Position numbers and translations under genes: made by a program. Shown in pieces: positions 11,267-20,634 of a DNA stretch of 30,012 nucleotides. Source of the stretch: a virus; the UHGV virus genome UHGV-0299922, one strand, 5' to 3'. Within the stretch, counting starts at the first letter, position 1; each line of letters opens with the position of its first letter. A model generated the notes under the pieces. It was not told where the DNA came from. It saw only the letters and a list, made by a program, of their open reading frames with translations, and ran no database searches.

Positions 11267-12292
11267 ATGTCGATGTACACAACCGCCCAGCTGCTGGCGG
11301 CAAATGAGCAGAAATTTAAGTTTGATCCGCTGTTTCTGCGTCTCTTTTTCCGTGAGAGCTATCCCTTCACCACGGAGAAAGTCTATCTCTCACAAATTCC
11401 GGGGCTGGTAAACATGGCGCTGTACGTTTCGCCGATTGTTTCCGGTGAGGTTATCCGCTCCCGTGGCGGCTCCACCTCTGAATTTACGCCGGGATATGTC
11501 AAGCCGAAGCATGAGGTGAATCCGCAGATGACCCTGCGTCGCCTGCCGGATGAAGATCCGCAGAATCTGGCGGACCCGGCTTACCGCCGCCGTCGCATCA
11601 TTATGCAGAACATGCGTGACGAAGAGCTGGCCATTGCCCAGGTCGAAGAGATGCAGGCAGTTTCTGCCGTGCTTAAGGGCAAATACACCATGACCGGTGA
11701 AGCTTTCGATCCGGTTGAGGTGGATATGGGCCGCAGTGCGGCCAACAACATCACGCAGTCCGGCGGCACGGAGTGGAGCAAGCGTGACAAGTCCACGTAT
11801 GACCCGACCGACGATATCGAAGCCTACGCGCTGAACGCCAGCGGCGTGGTGAATATCATCGTGTTTGATCCGAAAGGCTGGGCGCTGTTCCGTTCCTTCA
11901 AAGCCGTCAAGGAGAAGCTGGATACCCGTCGCGGCTCTAATTCCGAGCTGGAGACAGCGGTAAAAGACCTGGGCGAAGCGGTGTCCTATAAGGGGATGTA
12001 TGGCGATACGGCGATCGTCGTGTATTCCGGACAGTACGTGGAAAACGACGTCAAAAAGAACTTCCTGCCGGACAACACGATGGTGCTGGGGAACACTCAG
12101 GCACGCGGTCTGCGCACCTATGGCTGCATTCAGGATGCGGACGCACAGCGCGAAGGTATTAACGCCTCTGCCCGCTACCCGAAAAACTGGGTGACCACCG
12201 GCGATCCGGCGCGTGAGTTCACCATGATTCAGTCAGCACCGCTGATGCTGCTGGCTGATCCTGATGCGTTCGTGTCCGTACAACTGGCGTAA
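11267..12292 (+). CDS. E: Major capsid protein E
   Basis: 341 aa from ATG 11267 (MSMYTTAQLLAANEQKFKFDPLFLRLFF...), lambda gpE-like. Confidence 0.97.
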   Translation: MSMYTTAQLLAANEQKFKFDPLFLRLFFRESYPFTTEKVYLSQIPGLVNMALYVSPIVSGEVIRSRGGSTSEFTPGYVKPKHEVNPQMTLRRLPDEDPQNLADPAYRRRRIIMQNMRDEELAIAQVEEMQAVSAVLKGKYTMTGEAFDPVEVDMGRSAANNITQSGGTEWSKRDKSTYDPTDDIEAYALNASGVVNIIVFDPKGWALFRSFKAVKEKLDTRRGSNSELETAVKDLGEAVSYKGMYGDTAIVVYSGQYVENDVKKNFLPDNTMVLGNTQARGLRTYGCIQDADAQREGINASARYPKNWVTTGDPAREFTMIQSAPLMLLADPDAFVSVQLA

Positions 12293-12294
12293 TC

Positions 12295-12318
12295 ATGGCC
12301 CTTCGGGGCCATTTTCTC
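12295..12318 (+). terminator. Stem-loop immediately after E (atggccc-ttcg-gggccat then T-rich run)
   Basis: Perfect 7-bp stem with a ttcg tetraloop, followed by ttttctctc and the FI ribosome-binding site (ggagg). Confidence 0.35.
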
Positions 12319-12333
12319 TCTGTGGAGGAGTCC

Positions 12334-12729
12334 ATGACGAAAGATGAACTGATTGCCCGTCTTCAGGTGCTGGGTGAGCAACTGAACCGTGATGTCAGCC
12401 TGACGGGGACGAAAGAAGAACTGGTGCTCCGTGTGGCAGAGCTGGAAGAGGAGCTTGATGACACGGATGACGCTGCCGGTCAGGACACATCTGTCAGCCC
12501 GGAAAATGCGCTGACCGGACATGAAAATGAGGTGGTATCAGCGCAGCCGGATACCGTGATTGATACGGCTGCTCTGGTCACGGTCGTGGCACTGGTGACG
12601 CTGCATACTGATGCACTTCACGCCACGCGGGATGAGCCTGTGGCATTTGTGCTGCCGGGAACGGCGTTTCGTGTCTCTGCCGGTGTGGCAGCCGAAATGA
12701 CAGAACATGGCCTGGCCAGAATGCAATAA
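12334..12729 (+). CDS. FI: DNA-packaging protein FI
   Basis: ATG at 12334 with SD ggagg; MTKDELIARLQVLGEQLNRDVSLTGTKEELVLRVAELEEE.. Confidence 0.93.
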   Translation: MTKDELIARLQVLGEQLNRDVSLTGTKEELVLRVAELEEELDDTDDAAGQDTSVSPENALTGHENEVVSAQPDTVIDTAALVTVVALVTLHTDALHATRDEPVAFVLPGTAFRVSAGVAAEMTEHGLARMQ

Positions 12730-12740
12730 CGGGAGGCGCT

Positions 12741-13094
12741 GTGGCTGATTCCGATAACCTGTTCGATGCTGCCATTGCCCGCGCCGATGAAACGATACGC
12801 GGGTACATGGGAACGTCAGCCACCATGACATCCGGTGAGCAGTCCGGCGCAGTAATACGTGGTGTTTTTGATGACCCTGAAAATATCAGCTATGCCGGAC
12901 AGGGCGTACGCGTTGAAGGCTCCAGCCCGTCCCTGTTTGTCCGGACTGATGATGTGCGGCAGCTGCGGCGTGGAGACACGCTGACCATCGGTGAGGAAAA
13001 CTTCTGGATAGACCGGGTTTCGCCGGATGATGGCGGAAGCTGTCATCTCTGGCTTGGGCGTGGCGTGCCGCCTGCCGTTAACCGTCGCCGCTGA
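12741..13094 (+). CDS. FII: Head-tail connector protein FII
   Basis: 117 aa, MADSDNLFDAAIARADETIRGYMG.., lambda gpFII-like. Confidence 0.95.
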   Translation: MADSDNLFDAAIARADETIRGYMGTSATMTSGEQSGAVIRGVFDDPENISYAGQGVRVEGSSPSLFVRTDDVRQLRRGDTLTIGEENFWIDRVSPDDGGSCHLWLGRGVPPAVNRRR

Positions 13095-13105
13095 AAGGGG
13101 GATGT

Positions 13106-13684
13106 ATGGCCATAAAAGGTCTTGAGCAGGCCGTTGAAAACCTCAGCCGTATCAGCAGAACGGCGGTGCCCGGTGCCGCCGCAATGGCCATTAACCGCGT
13201 TGCTTCATCCGCGATATCGCAGTCGGCGTCACAGGTTGCCCGTGAGACAAAGGTACGCCGGAAACTGGTAAAGGAAAGGGCCAGGCTGAAAAGGGCCACG
13301 GTCAAAAATCCGCAGGCCAGAATCAGGGTTAACCGGGGGGATTTGCCCGTAATAAAGCTGGGTAACGCGCGGATTGTCCTGTCCCGACGCAGGCGTCGTA
13401 AAAAGGGGCAGCGTTCAGCCCTGAAAGGTGGCGGCAGCGTGCTTGTGGTGGGAAACCGTCGTATTCCCGGCGCGTTTATTCAGCAACTGAAAAATGGCCG
13501 CTGGCATGTCATGCAGCGTGTGGCCGGGAAAAACCGTTACCCCATTGATGTGGTGAAAATCCCGATGGCGGTGCCGCTGACCACGGCGTTTAAACAAAAT
13601 ATTGAGCGGATACGGCGTGAACGTCTTCCGAAAGAGCTGGGCTATGCGCTGCAGCATCAACTGAGGATGGTAATAAAGCGATGA
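13106..13684 (+). CDS. Z: Tail completion protein Z
   Basis: 192 aa, lambda gpZ-like. Confidence 0.95.
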   Translation: MAIKGLEQAVENLSRISRTAVPGAAAMAINRVASSAISQSASQVARETKVRRKLVKERARLKRATVKNPQARIRVNRGDLPVIKLGNARIVLSRRRRRKKGQRSALKGGGSVLVVGNRRIPGAFIQQLKNGRWHVMQRVAGKNRYPIDVVKIPMAVPLTTAFKQNIERIRRERLPKELGYALQHQLRMVIKR

Positions 13685-14076
13685 AACATACTGAACTCCG
13701 TGCAGCCGTACTGGATGCACTGGAGAAGCATGACACCGGGGCGATGTTTTTTGATGGTCGCCCCGCTGTTTTTGATGAGGAAGATTTTCCGGCAATTGCC
13801 GTTTATCTCACCGGCGCTGAATACACGGGCGAAGAGCTGGACAGCGATACCTGGCAGGCGGAGCTGCATATTGAAGTTTTCCTGCCTGCTCAGGTGCCGG
13901 ATTCAGAGCTGGATGCGTGGATGGAGTCCCGGATTTATCCGGTGATGAGCGATATCCCGGCACTGTCAGATTTGATCACCAGTATGGTGGCCAGTGGCTA
14001 TGACTACCGGCGCGACGATGATGCGGGCCTGTGGAGTTCAGCCGATCTGACTTATGTCATTACCTATGAAATGTGA
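13681..14076 (+). CDS. U: Tail terminator protein U
   Basis: 131 aa, [26 protein letters not shown]..; ATGA overlap with Z. Confidence 0.95.
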   Translation: MKHTELRAAVLDALEKHDTGAMFFDGRPAVFDEEDFPAIAVYLTGAEYTGEELDSDTWQAELHIEVFLPAQVPDSELDAWMESRIYPVMSDIPALSDLITSMVASGYDYRRDDDAGLWSSADLTYVITYEM

Positions 14077-14083
14077 GGACGAT

Positions 14084-14824
14084 ATGCCAACACCAAATCC
14101 TCTGGCACCGGTGAAAGGGGCCGGGACCACACTGTGGGTTTATAACGGGAGCGGCGACCCTTATGCGAATCCGCTTTCAGACGTTGACTGGTCGCGTCTG
14201 GCAAAAGTTAAAGACCTGACGCCCGGCGAACTGACCGCTGAGTCCTATGACGACAGCTATCTCGATGATGAAGATGCAGACTGGACTGCGACCGGGCAGG
14301 GGCAGAAATCCGCCGGAGATACCAGCTTCACGCTGGCGTGGATGCCCGGAGAGCAGGGGCAGCAGGCGCTGCTGGCGTGGTTTAATGAAGGTGATACCCG
14401 TGCCTATAAAATCCGCTTCCCGAACGGCACGGTCGATGTGTTCCGCGGCTGGGTCAGCAGTATCGGTAAGGCGGTGACGGCGAAGGAAGTGATCACCCGC
14501 ACGGTGAAAGTCACCAATGTGGGACGTCCGTCGATGGCAGAAGATCGCAGCACGGTAACAGCGGTAACCGGTATGACCGTGACGCCAGCCAGCGCTTCCG
14601 TAGTGAAAGGGAAGAGCACCACGCTGACCGTGGCATTCCAGCCGGAAGGCGCAACCGACAAGAGCTTCCGTGCGGTGTCAGCGGATAAAACAAAAGCCAC
14701 CGTGTCGGTCAGTGGTATGACCATCACCGTGAATGGCGTTGCTGCAGGCAAGGTCAACATTCCGGTTGTATCCGGTAATGGTGAGTTTGCTGCGGTTGCA
14801 GAAATCACCGTCACCGCCAGTTAA
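14084..14824 (+). CDS. V: Major tail tube protein V (with C-terminal Ig-like domain)
   Basis: ATG 14084 (SD gaggacga) gives [31 protein letters not shown]..; C-terminal third has an Ig-like (Big_2-type) pattern. Confidence 0.95.
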   Translation: MPTPNPLAPVKGAGTTLWVYNGSGDPYANPLSDVDWSRLAKVKDLTPGELTAESYDDSYLDDEDADWTATGQGQKSAGDTSFTLAWMPGEQGQQALLAWFNEGDTRAYKIRFPNGTVDVFRGWVSSIGKAVTAKEVITRTVKVTNVGRPSMAEDRSTVTAVTGMTVTPASASVVKGKSTTLTVAFQPEGATDKSFRAVSADKTKATVSVSGMTITVNGVAAGKVNIPVVSGNGEFAAVAEITVTAS

Positions 14825-14839
14825 TCCGGAGAGTCAGAG

Positions 14840-15262
14840 ATGTTCCTGAAAACCGAATCATTTGAACATAACGGTGTGACCGTCACGCTTTCTGAACTGT
14901 CAGCCCTGCAGCGTATTGAGCATCTCGCCCTGATGAAACGGCAGGCAGAACAGGCGGAGTCAGACAGCAACCGGAAGTTTACTGTGGAAGACGCCATCAG
15001 AACCGGCGCGTTTCTGGTGGCGATGTCCCTGTGGCATAACCATCCGCAGAAGACAAAGCAGCCTTCCATGAATGAAGCCGTTAAACAGATTGAGCAGGAA
15101 GTGCTTACCACCTGGCCCACAGAGGCAATTTCTCATGCTGAAAACGTGGTGTACCGGCTGTCTGGTATGTATGAGTTTGTGGTGAATAATGCCCCTGAAC
15201 AGGCAGAGGACGCCGGGCCCGCAGAGCCTGTTTCTGCGGGAAAGTGTTCGACGGTGAGCTGA
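14840..15262 (+). CDS. G: Tail assembly chaperone G
   Basis: 140 aa, MFLKTESFEHNGVTVTLSELSALQRIEHLALMKRQAEQAE.. Confidence 0.95.
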   Translation: MFLKTESFEHNGVTVTLSELSALQRIEHLALMKRQAEQAESDSNRKFTVEDAIRTGAFLVAMSLWHNHPQKTKQPSMNEAVKQIEQEVLTTWPTEAISHAENVVYRLSGMYEFVVNNAPEQAEDAGPAEPVSAGKCSTVS

Positions 15263-15678
15263 GTTTTGCCCTGAAACTGGCGCGTGAGATGGGGCGACCC
15301 GACTGGCGTGCCATGCTTGCCGGGATGTCATCCACGGAGTATGCCGACTGGCACCGCTTTTACAGTACCCATTATTTTCATGATGTTCTGCTGGATATGC
15401 ACTTTTCCGGGCTGACGTACACCGTGCTCAGCCTGTTTTTCAGCGATCCGGATATGCATCCGCTGGATTTCAGTCTGCTGAACCGGCGCGAGGCTGACGA
15501 AGAGCCTGAAGATGATGTGCTGATGCAGAAAGCGGCAGGGCTTGCCGGAGGTGTCCGCTTTGGCCCGGACGGGAATGAAGTTATCCCTACTTCCCCGGAT
15601 GTGGCGGACATGACGGAGGATGACGCAATGCTGATGACAGTATCAGAAGGGATCGCAGGAGGAGTCCGGTATGGCTGA
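14840..15678 (+). CDS. GT: Tail assembly chaperone G-T fusion, made by -1 frameshift near 15238-15244
   Basis: T-frame ORF 15244..15678 has no convincing independent start and follows the slippery site, as in lambda. Confidence 0.85.
15238..15244 (+). promoter_or_regulatory. Programmed -1 ribosomal frameshift slippery heptamer G GGA AAG (G to GT)
   Basis: G frame reads gcg gga aag; a -1 slip enters the frame of ORF 15244..15678 (T segment). Confidence 0.85.
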
Positions 15679-18232
15679 ACCGGTAGGCGATCTGGTCGTT
15701 GATTTGAGTCTGGATGCGGCCAGATTTGACGAGCAGATGGCCAGAGTCAGGCGTCATTTTTCCGGTACGGAAAGTGATGCGAAAAAAACAGCGGCAGTCG
15801 TTGAACAGTCGCTGAGCCGACAGGCGCTGGCTGCACAGAAAGCGGGGATTTCCGTCGGGCAGTATAAAGCTGCCATGCGTATGCTGCCTGCGCAGTTCAC
15901 TGACGTGGCCACGCAGCTTGCAGGCGGGCAAAGTCCGTGGCTGATCCTGCTGCAACAGGGGGGGCAGGTGAAGGACTCCTTCGGCGGGATGATCCCCATG
16001 TTCAGGGGGCTTGCCGGTGCGATCACCCTGCCGATGGTGGGGGCCACCTCGCTGGCGGTGGCGACCGGTGCGCTGGCGTATGCCTGGTATCAGGGCAACT
16101 CAACCCTGTCCGATTTCAACAAAACGCTGGTCCTTTCCGGTCATCAGTCGGGTCTGACGGCAGATCGTATGCTGGTCCTGTCCAGAGCCGGGCAGGCGGC
16201 AGGGCTGACGTTTAACCAGACCAGCGAGTCACTCAGCGCACTGGTTAAGGCGGGGGTAAGCGGTGAGGCTCAGATTGCGTCCATCAGCCAGAGTGTGGCG
16301 CGTTTCTCCTCTGCATCCGGCGTGGAGGTGGACAAGGTCGCTGAAGCCTTCGGGAAGCTGACCACAGACCCGACGTCGGGGCTGACGGCGATGGCACGCC
16401 AGTTCCATAACGTGACGGCGGAGCAGATTGCGTATGTTGCTCAGTTGCAGCGTTCCGGCGATGAAGCCGGGGCATTGCAGGCGGCGAACGAGGCCGCAAC
16501 GAAAGGGTTTGATGACCAGACCCGCCGCCTGAAAGAGAACATGGGCACGCTGGAGACCTGGGCAGACAGGACTGCGCGGGCATTCAAATCCATGTGGGAT
16601 GCGGTGCTGGATATTGGTCGTCCTGATACCGCGCAGGAGATGCTGATTAAGGCAGAGGCTGCGTTTAAGAAAGCAGACGACATCTGGAATCTGCGCAAGG
16701 ATGATTATTTTGTTAACGATGAAGCGCGGGCGCGTTACTGGGATGATCGTGAAAAGGCCCGTCTTGCGCTTGAAGCCGCCCGAAAGAAGGCTGAGCAGCA
16801 GAGTCAACAGGACAAAAATGCGCAGCAGCAGAGCGATACCGAAGCGTCACGGCTGAAATATACCGAAGAGGCGCAGAAGGCTTACGAACGGCTGCAGACG
16901 CCGCTGGAGAAATATACCGCCCGTCAGGAAGAACTGAACAAGGCACTGAAAGACGGGAAAATCCTGCAGGCAGATTACAACACGCTGATGGCGGCGGCGA
17001 AAAAGGATTATGAAGCGACGCTGAAAAAGCCGAAACAGTCCGGCGTGAAAGTGTCTGCGGGCGATCGTCAGGAAGACAGTGCTCATGCTGCCCTGCTGAC
17101 GCTTCAGGCAGAACTCCGGACGCTGGAGAAGCATGCCGGAGCGAATGAGAAAATCAGCCAGCAGCGCCGGGATTTGTGGAAGGCTGAAAATCAGTTCGCG
17201 GTACTGGAGGAGGCGGCACAACGTCGCCAGCTATCCGCACAGGAGAAATCCCTGCTGGCGCATAAAGATGAGACGCTGGAGTACAAACGCCAGCTGGCTG
17301 CACTTGGCGACAAGGTTACGTATCAGGAGCGCCTGAACGCGCTGGCGCAGCAGGCGGATAAATTCGCACAGCAGCAACGGGCAAAACGGGCCGCCATTGA
17401 TGCGAAAAACCGGGGGCTGACTGACCGGCAGGCAGCGCGGGAAGCCACAGAACAGCGCCTGAAGGAACAGTATGGCGATAATCCTCTGGCGCTGAATAAC
17501 GTCATGTCAGAGCAGAAAAAGACCTGGGCGGCTGAAGACCAGCTTCGCGGGAGCTGGATGGCAGGCCTGAAGTCCGGCTGGAGTGAGTGGGAAGAGAGCG
17601 CCACGGACAGTATGTCGCAGGTTAAAAGTGCAGCCGCGCAGACCTTTGATGGTATTGCGCAGAATATGGCGGCGATGCTGACCGGCAGTGAGCAGAACTG
17701 GCGCAGCTTCACCCGTTCCGTGCTGTCCATGATGACAGAAATTCTGCTTAAGCAGGCAATGGTGGGGATTGTCGGGAGTATCGGCAGCGCCATTGGCGGT
17801 GCTGCCAGTGGTGGAGCATCCGCGTCAGGCGGTACAGCCATTCAGGCCGCTGCGGCGAAATTCCATTTTGCGACCGGGGGATTTACGGGAACCGGCGGCA
17901 AATATGAGCCAGCGGGGATTGTTCACCGTGGTGAATTTGTCTTCACGAAGGAGGCAACCAGCCGGATTGGTGTCGGCAACCTGTACCGCCTGATGCGCGG
18001 CTATGCCACCGGCGGTTATGTCGGTACACCGGGCAGCATGGCAGACAGCCGGTCGCAGGCGTCCGGGACGTTTGAGCAGAATAACCATGTGGTGATTAAC
18101 AACGACGGCACGAACGGGCAGATAGGTCCGGCTGCTCTGAAGGCGGTGTATGACATGGCCCGCAAGGGTGCCCGTGATGAAATTCAGACACAGATGCGTG
18201 ATGGTGGCCTGTTCTCCGGAGGTGGACGATGA
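15671..18232 (+). CDS. H: Tail tape measure protein H
   Basis: 853 aa, lambda gpH-like; overlaps the T segment end. Confidence 0.97.
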   Translation: MAEPVGDLVVDLSLDAARFDEQMARVRRHFSGTESDAKKTAAVVEQSLSRQALAAQKAGISVGQYKAAMRMLPAQFTDVATQLAGGQSPWLILLQQGGQVKDSFGGMIPMFRGLAGAITLPMVGATSLAVATGALAYAWYQGNSTLSDFNKTLVLSGHQSGLTADRMLVLSRAGQAAGLTFNQTSESLSALVKAGVSGEAQIASISQSVARFSSASGVEVDKVAEAFGKLTTDPTSGLTAMARQFHNVTAEQIAYVAQLQRSGDEAGALQAANEAATKGFDDQTRRLKENMGTLETWADRTARAFKSMWDAVLDIGRPDTAQEMLIKAEAAFKKADDIWNLRKDDYFVNDEARARYWDDREKARLALEAARKKAEQQSQQDKNAQQQSDTEASRLKYTEEAQKAYERLQTPLEKYTARQEELNKALKDGKILQADYNTLMAAAKKDYEATLKKPKQSGVKVSAGDRQEDSAHAALLTLQAELRTLEKHAGANEKISQQRRDLWKAENQFAVLEEAAQRRQLSAQEKSLLAHKDETLEYKRQLAALGDKVTYQERLNALAQQADKFAQQQRAKRAAIDAKNRGLTDRQAAREATEQRLKEQYGDNPLALNNVMSEQKKTWAAEDQLRGSWMAGLKSGWSEWEESATDSMSQVKSAAAQTFDGIAQNMAAMLTGSEQNWRSFTRSVLSMMTEILLKQAMVGIVGSIGSAIGGAASGGASASGGTAIQAAAAKFHFATGGFTGTGGKYEPAGIVHRGEFVFTKEATSRIGVGNLYRLMRGYATGGYVGTPGSMADSRSQASGTFEQNNHVVINNDGTNGQIGPAALKAVYDMARKGARDEIQTQMRDGGLFSGGGR

Positions 18233-18558
18233 AGACCTTCCGCTGGAAAGTGAAACCCGGTATGGATGTGGCTTCGGTCCCTTCTGTAAGAAAGGTGCGC
18301 TTTGGTGATGGCTATTCCCAGCGAGCGCCTGCCGGGCTGAATGCCAACCTGAAAACGTACAGCGTGACGCTTTCTGTCCCCCGTGAGGAGGCCACGGTAC
18401 TGGAGTCGTTTCTGGAAGAGCACGGGGGCTGGAAATCCTTTCTGTGGACGCCGCCTTATGAGTGGCGGCAGATAAAGGTGACCTGCGCAAAATGGTCGTC
18501 GCGGGTCAGTATGCTGCGTGTTGAGTTCAGCGCAGAGTTTGAACAGGTGGTGAACTGA
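18229..18558 (+). CDS. M: Tail tip protein M
   Basis: 109 aa, MKTFRWKVKPGMDVASVPSVRKVRFGDGYSQRAPAGLNA.. Confidence 0.95.
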   Translation: MKTFRWKVKPGMDVASVPSVRKVRFGDGYSQRAPAGLNANLKTYSVTLSVPREEATVLESFLEEHGGWKSFLWTPPYEWRQIKVTCAKWSSRVSMLRVEFSAEFEQVVN

Positions 18559-19256
18559 TGCAGGATATCCGGCAGGAAACACTGAATGAATGCACCCGTG
18601 CGGAGCAGTCGGCCAGCGTGGTGCTCTGGGAAATCGACCTGACAGAGGTCGGTGGAGAACGTTATTTTTTCTGTAATGAGCAGAACGAAAAAGGTGAGCC
18701 GGTCACCTGGCAGGGGCGACAGTATCAGCCGTATCCCATTCAGGGGAGCGGTTTTGAACTGAATGGCAAAGGCACCAGTACGCGCCCCACGCTGACGGTT
18801 TCTAACCTGTACGGTATGGTCACCGGGATGGCGGAAGATATGCAGAGTCTGGTCGGCGGAACGGTGGTCCGGCGTAAGGTTTACGCCCGTTTTCTGGATG
18901 CGGTGAACTTCGTCAACGGAAACAGTTACGCCGATCCGGAGCAGGAGGTGATCAGCCGCTGGCGCATTGAGCAGTGCAGCGAACTGAGCGCGGTGAGTGC
19001 CTCCTTTGTACTGTCCACGCCGACGGAAACGGATGGCGCTGTTTTTCCGGGACGTATCATGCTGGCCAACACCTGCACCTGGACCTATCGCGGTGACGAG
19101 TGCGGTTATAGCGGTCCGGCTGTCGCGGATGAATATGACCAGCCAACGTCCGATATCACGAAGGATAAATGCAGCAAATGCCTGAGCGGTTGTAAGTTCC
19201 GCAATAACGTCGGCAACTTTGGCGGCTTCCTTTCCATTAACAAACTTTCGCAGTAA
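18558..19256 (+). CDS. L: Tail tip protein L
   Basis: 232 aa, lambda gpL-like, with C-terminal Cys cluster (..CTWTYRGDECGY..KDKCSKCLSGCKF..). Confidence 0.95.
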   Translation: MQDIRQETLNECTRAEQSASVVLWEIDLTEVGGERYFFCNEQNEKGEPVTWQGRQYQPYPIQGSGFELNGKGTSTRPTLTVSNLYGMVTGMAEDMQSLVGGTVVRRKVYARFLDAVNFVNGNSYADPEQEVISRWRIEQCSELSAVSASFVLSTPTETDGAVFPGRIMLANTCTWTYRGDECGYSGPAVADEYDQPTSDITKDKCSKCLSGCKFRNNVGNFGGFLSINKLSQ

Positions 19257-19261
19257 ATCCC

Positions 19262-20005
19262 ATGACACAGACAGAATCAGCGATTCTGGCGCACGCCCGG
19301 CGATGTGCGCCAGCGGAGTCGTGCGGCTTCGTGGTAAGCACGCCGGAGGGGGAAAGATATTTTCCCTGCGTGAATATCTCCGGTGAGCCGGAGGCGTATT
19401 TCCGTATGTCGCCGGAAGACTGGCTGCAGGCAGAAATGCAGGGTGAGATTGTGGCGCTGGTCCACAGCCACCCCGGTGGTCTGCCCTGGCTGAGTGAGGC
19501 CGACCGGCGGCTGCAGGTGCAGAGTGATTTGCCGTGGTGGCTGGTCTGCCGGGGGACGATTCATAAGTTCCGCTGTGTGCCGCATCTCACCGGGCGGCGC
19601 TTTGAGCACGGTGTGACGGACTGTTACACACTGTTCCGGGATGCTTATCATCTGGCGGGGATTGAGATGCCGGACTTTCATCGTGAGGATGACTGGTGGC
19701 GTAACGGCCAGAATCTCTATCTGGATAATCTGGAGGCGACGGGGCTGTATCAGGTGCCGTTGTCAGCGGCACAGCCGGGCGATGTGCTGCTGTGCTGTTT
19801 TGGTTCATCAGTGCCGAATCACGCCGCAATTTACTGCGGCGACGGCGAGCTGCTGCACCATATTCCTGAACAACTGAGCAAACGAGAGAGGTACACCGAC
19901 AAATGGCAGCGACGCACACACTCCCTCTGGCGTCACCGGGCATGGCGCGCATCTGCCTTTACGGGGATTTACAACGATTTGGTCGCCGCATCGACCTTCG
20001 TGTGA
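19262..20005 (+). CDS. K: Tail tip assembly protein K (MPN/JAMM-like plus NlpC/P60-like domains)
   Basis: 247-aa ORF; JAMM-like HSHPGG motif preceded by a conserved Glu; C-terminal Cys..His pattern of NlpC/P60 type. An internal ATG near 19406 matches the shorter start I recall from the classical lambda annotation. Confidence 0.85.
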   Translation: MTQTESAILAHARRCAPAESCGFVVSTPEGERYFPCVNISGEPEAYFRMSPEDWLQAEMQGEIVALVHSHPGGLPWLSEADRRLQVQSDLPWWLVCRGTIHKFRCVPHLTGRRFEHGVTDCYTLFRDAYHLAGIEMPDFHREDDWWRNGQNLYLDNLEATGLYQVPLSAAQPGDVLLCCFGSSVPNHAAIYCGDGELLHHIPEQLSKRERYTDKWQRRTHSLWRHRAWRASAFTGIYNDLVAASTFV

Positions 20006-20574
20006 AAACGGGGGCTGAAGCCATCCGGGCACTGGCCACACAGCTCCCGGCGTTTCGTCAGAAACTGAGCGACGGCTGGTATCAGGTACGGATTGCCGGG
20101 CGGGACGTCAGCACGTCCGGGTTAACGGCGCAGTTACATGAGACTCTGCCTGATGGCGCTGTGATTCATATTGTTCCCAGAGTCGCCGGGGCCAAGTCAG
20201 GTGGCGTATTCCAGATTGTCCTGGGGGCTGCCGCCATTGCCGGATCATTCTTTACCGCCGGAGCCACCCTTGCAGCATGGGGGGCAGCCATTGGGGCCGG
20301 TGGTATGACCGGCATCCTGTTTTCTCTCGGTGCCAGTATGGTGCTCGGTGGTGTGGCGCAGATGCTGGCACCGAAAGCCAGAACTCCCCGTACACAGACA
20401 ACGGATAACGGTAAGCAGAACACCTATTTCTCCTCACTGGATAACATGGTTGCCCAGGGCAATGTTCTGCCTGTTCTGTACGGGGAAATGCGCGTGGGGT
20501 CACGCGTGGTTTCTCAGGAGATCAGCACGGCAGACGAAGGGGACGGTGGTCAGGTTGTGGTGATTGGTCGCTGA
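19903..20574 (+). CDS. I: Tail tip assembly protein I
   Basis: 223 aa, overlaps the K 3' end in another frame; lambda gpI-like. Confidence 0.93.
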   Translation: MAATHTLPLASPGMARICLYGDLQRFGRRIDLRVKTGAEAIRALATQLPAFRQKLSDGWYQVRIAGRDVSTSGLTAQLHETLPDGAVIHIVPRVAGAKSGGVFQIVLGAAAIAGSFFTAGATLAAWGAAIGAGGMTGILFSLGASMVLGGVAQMLAPKARTPRTQTTDNGKQNTYFSSLDNMVAQGNVLPVLYGEMRVGSRVVSQEISTADEGDGGQVVVIGR

Positions 20575-20634
20575 TGCAAAATGTTTTATGTGAAACCGCC
20601 TGCGGGCGGTTTTGTCATTTATGGAGCGTGAGGA

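Noticed and set aside
15937-18582. Multiple 60-220-aa ORFs on both strands inside H and at the H/M junction
   Set aside because: All embedded in or antisense to the tape measure and M genes; no start signals or motifs.
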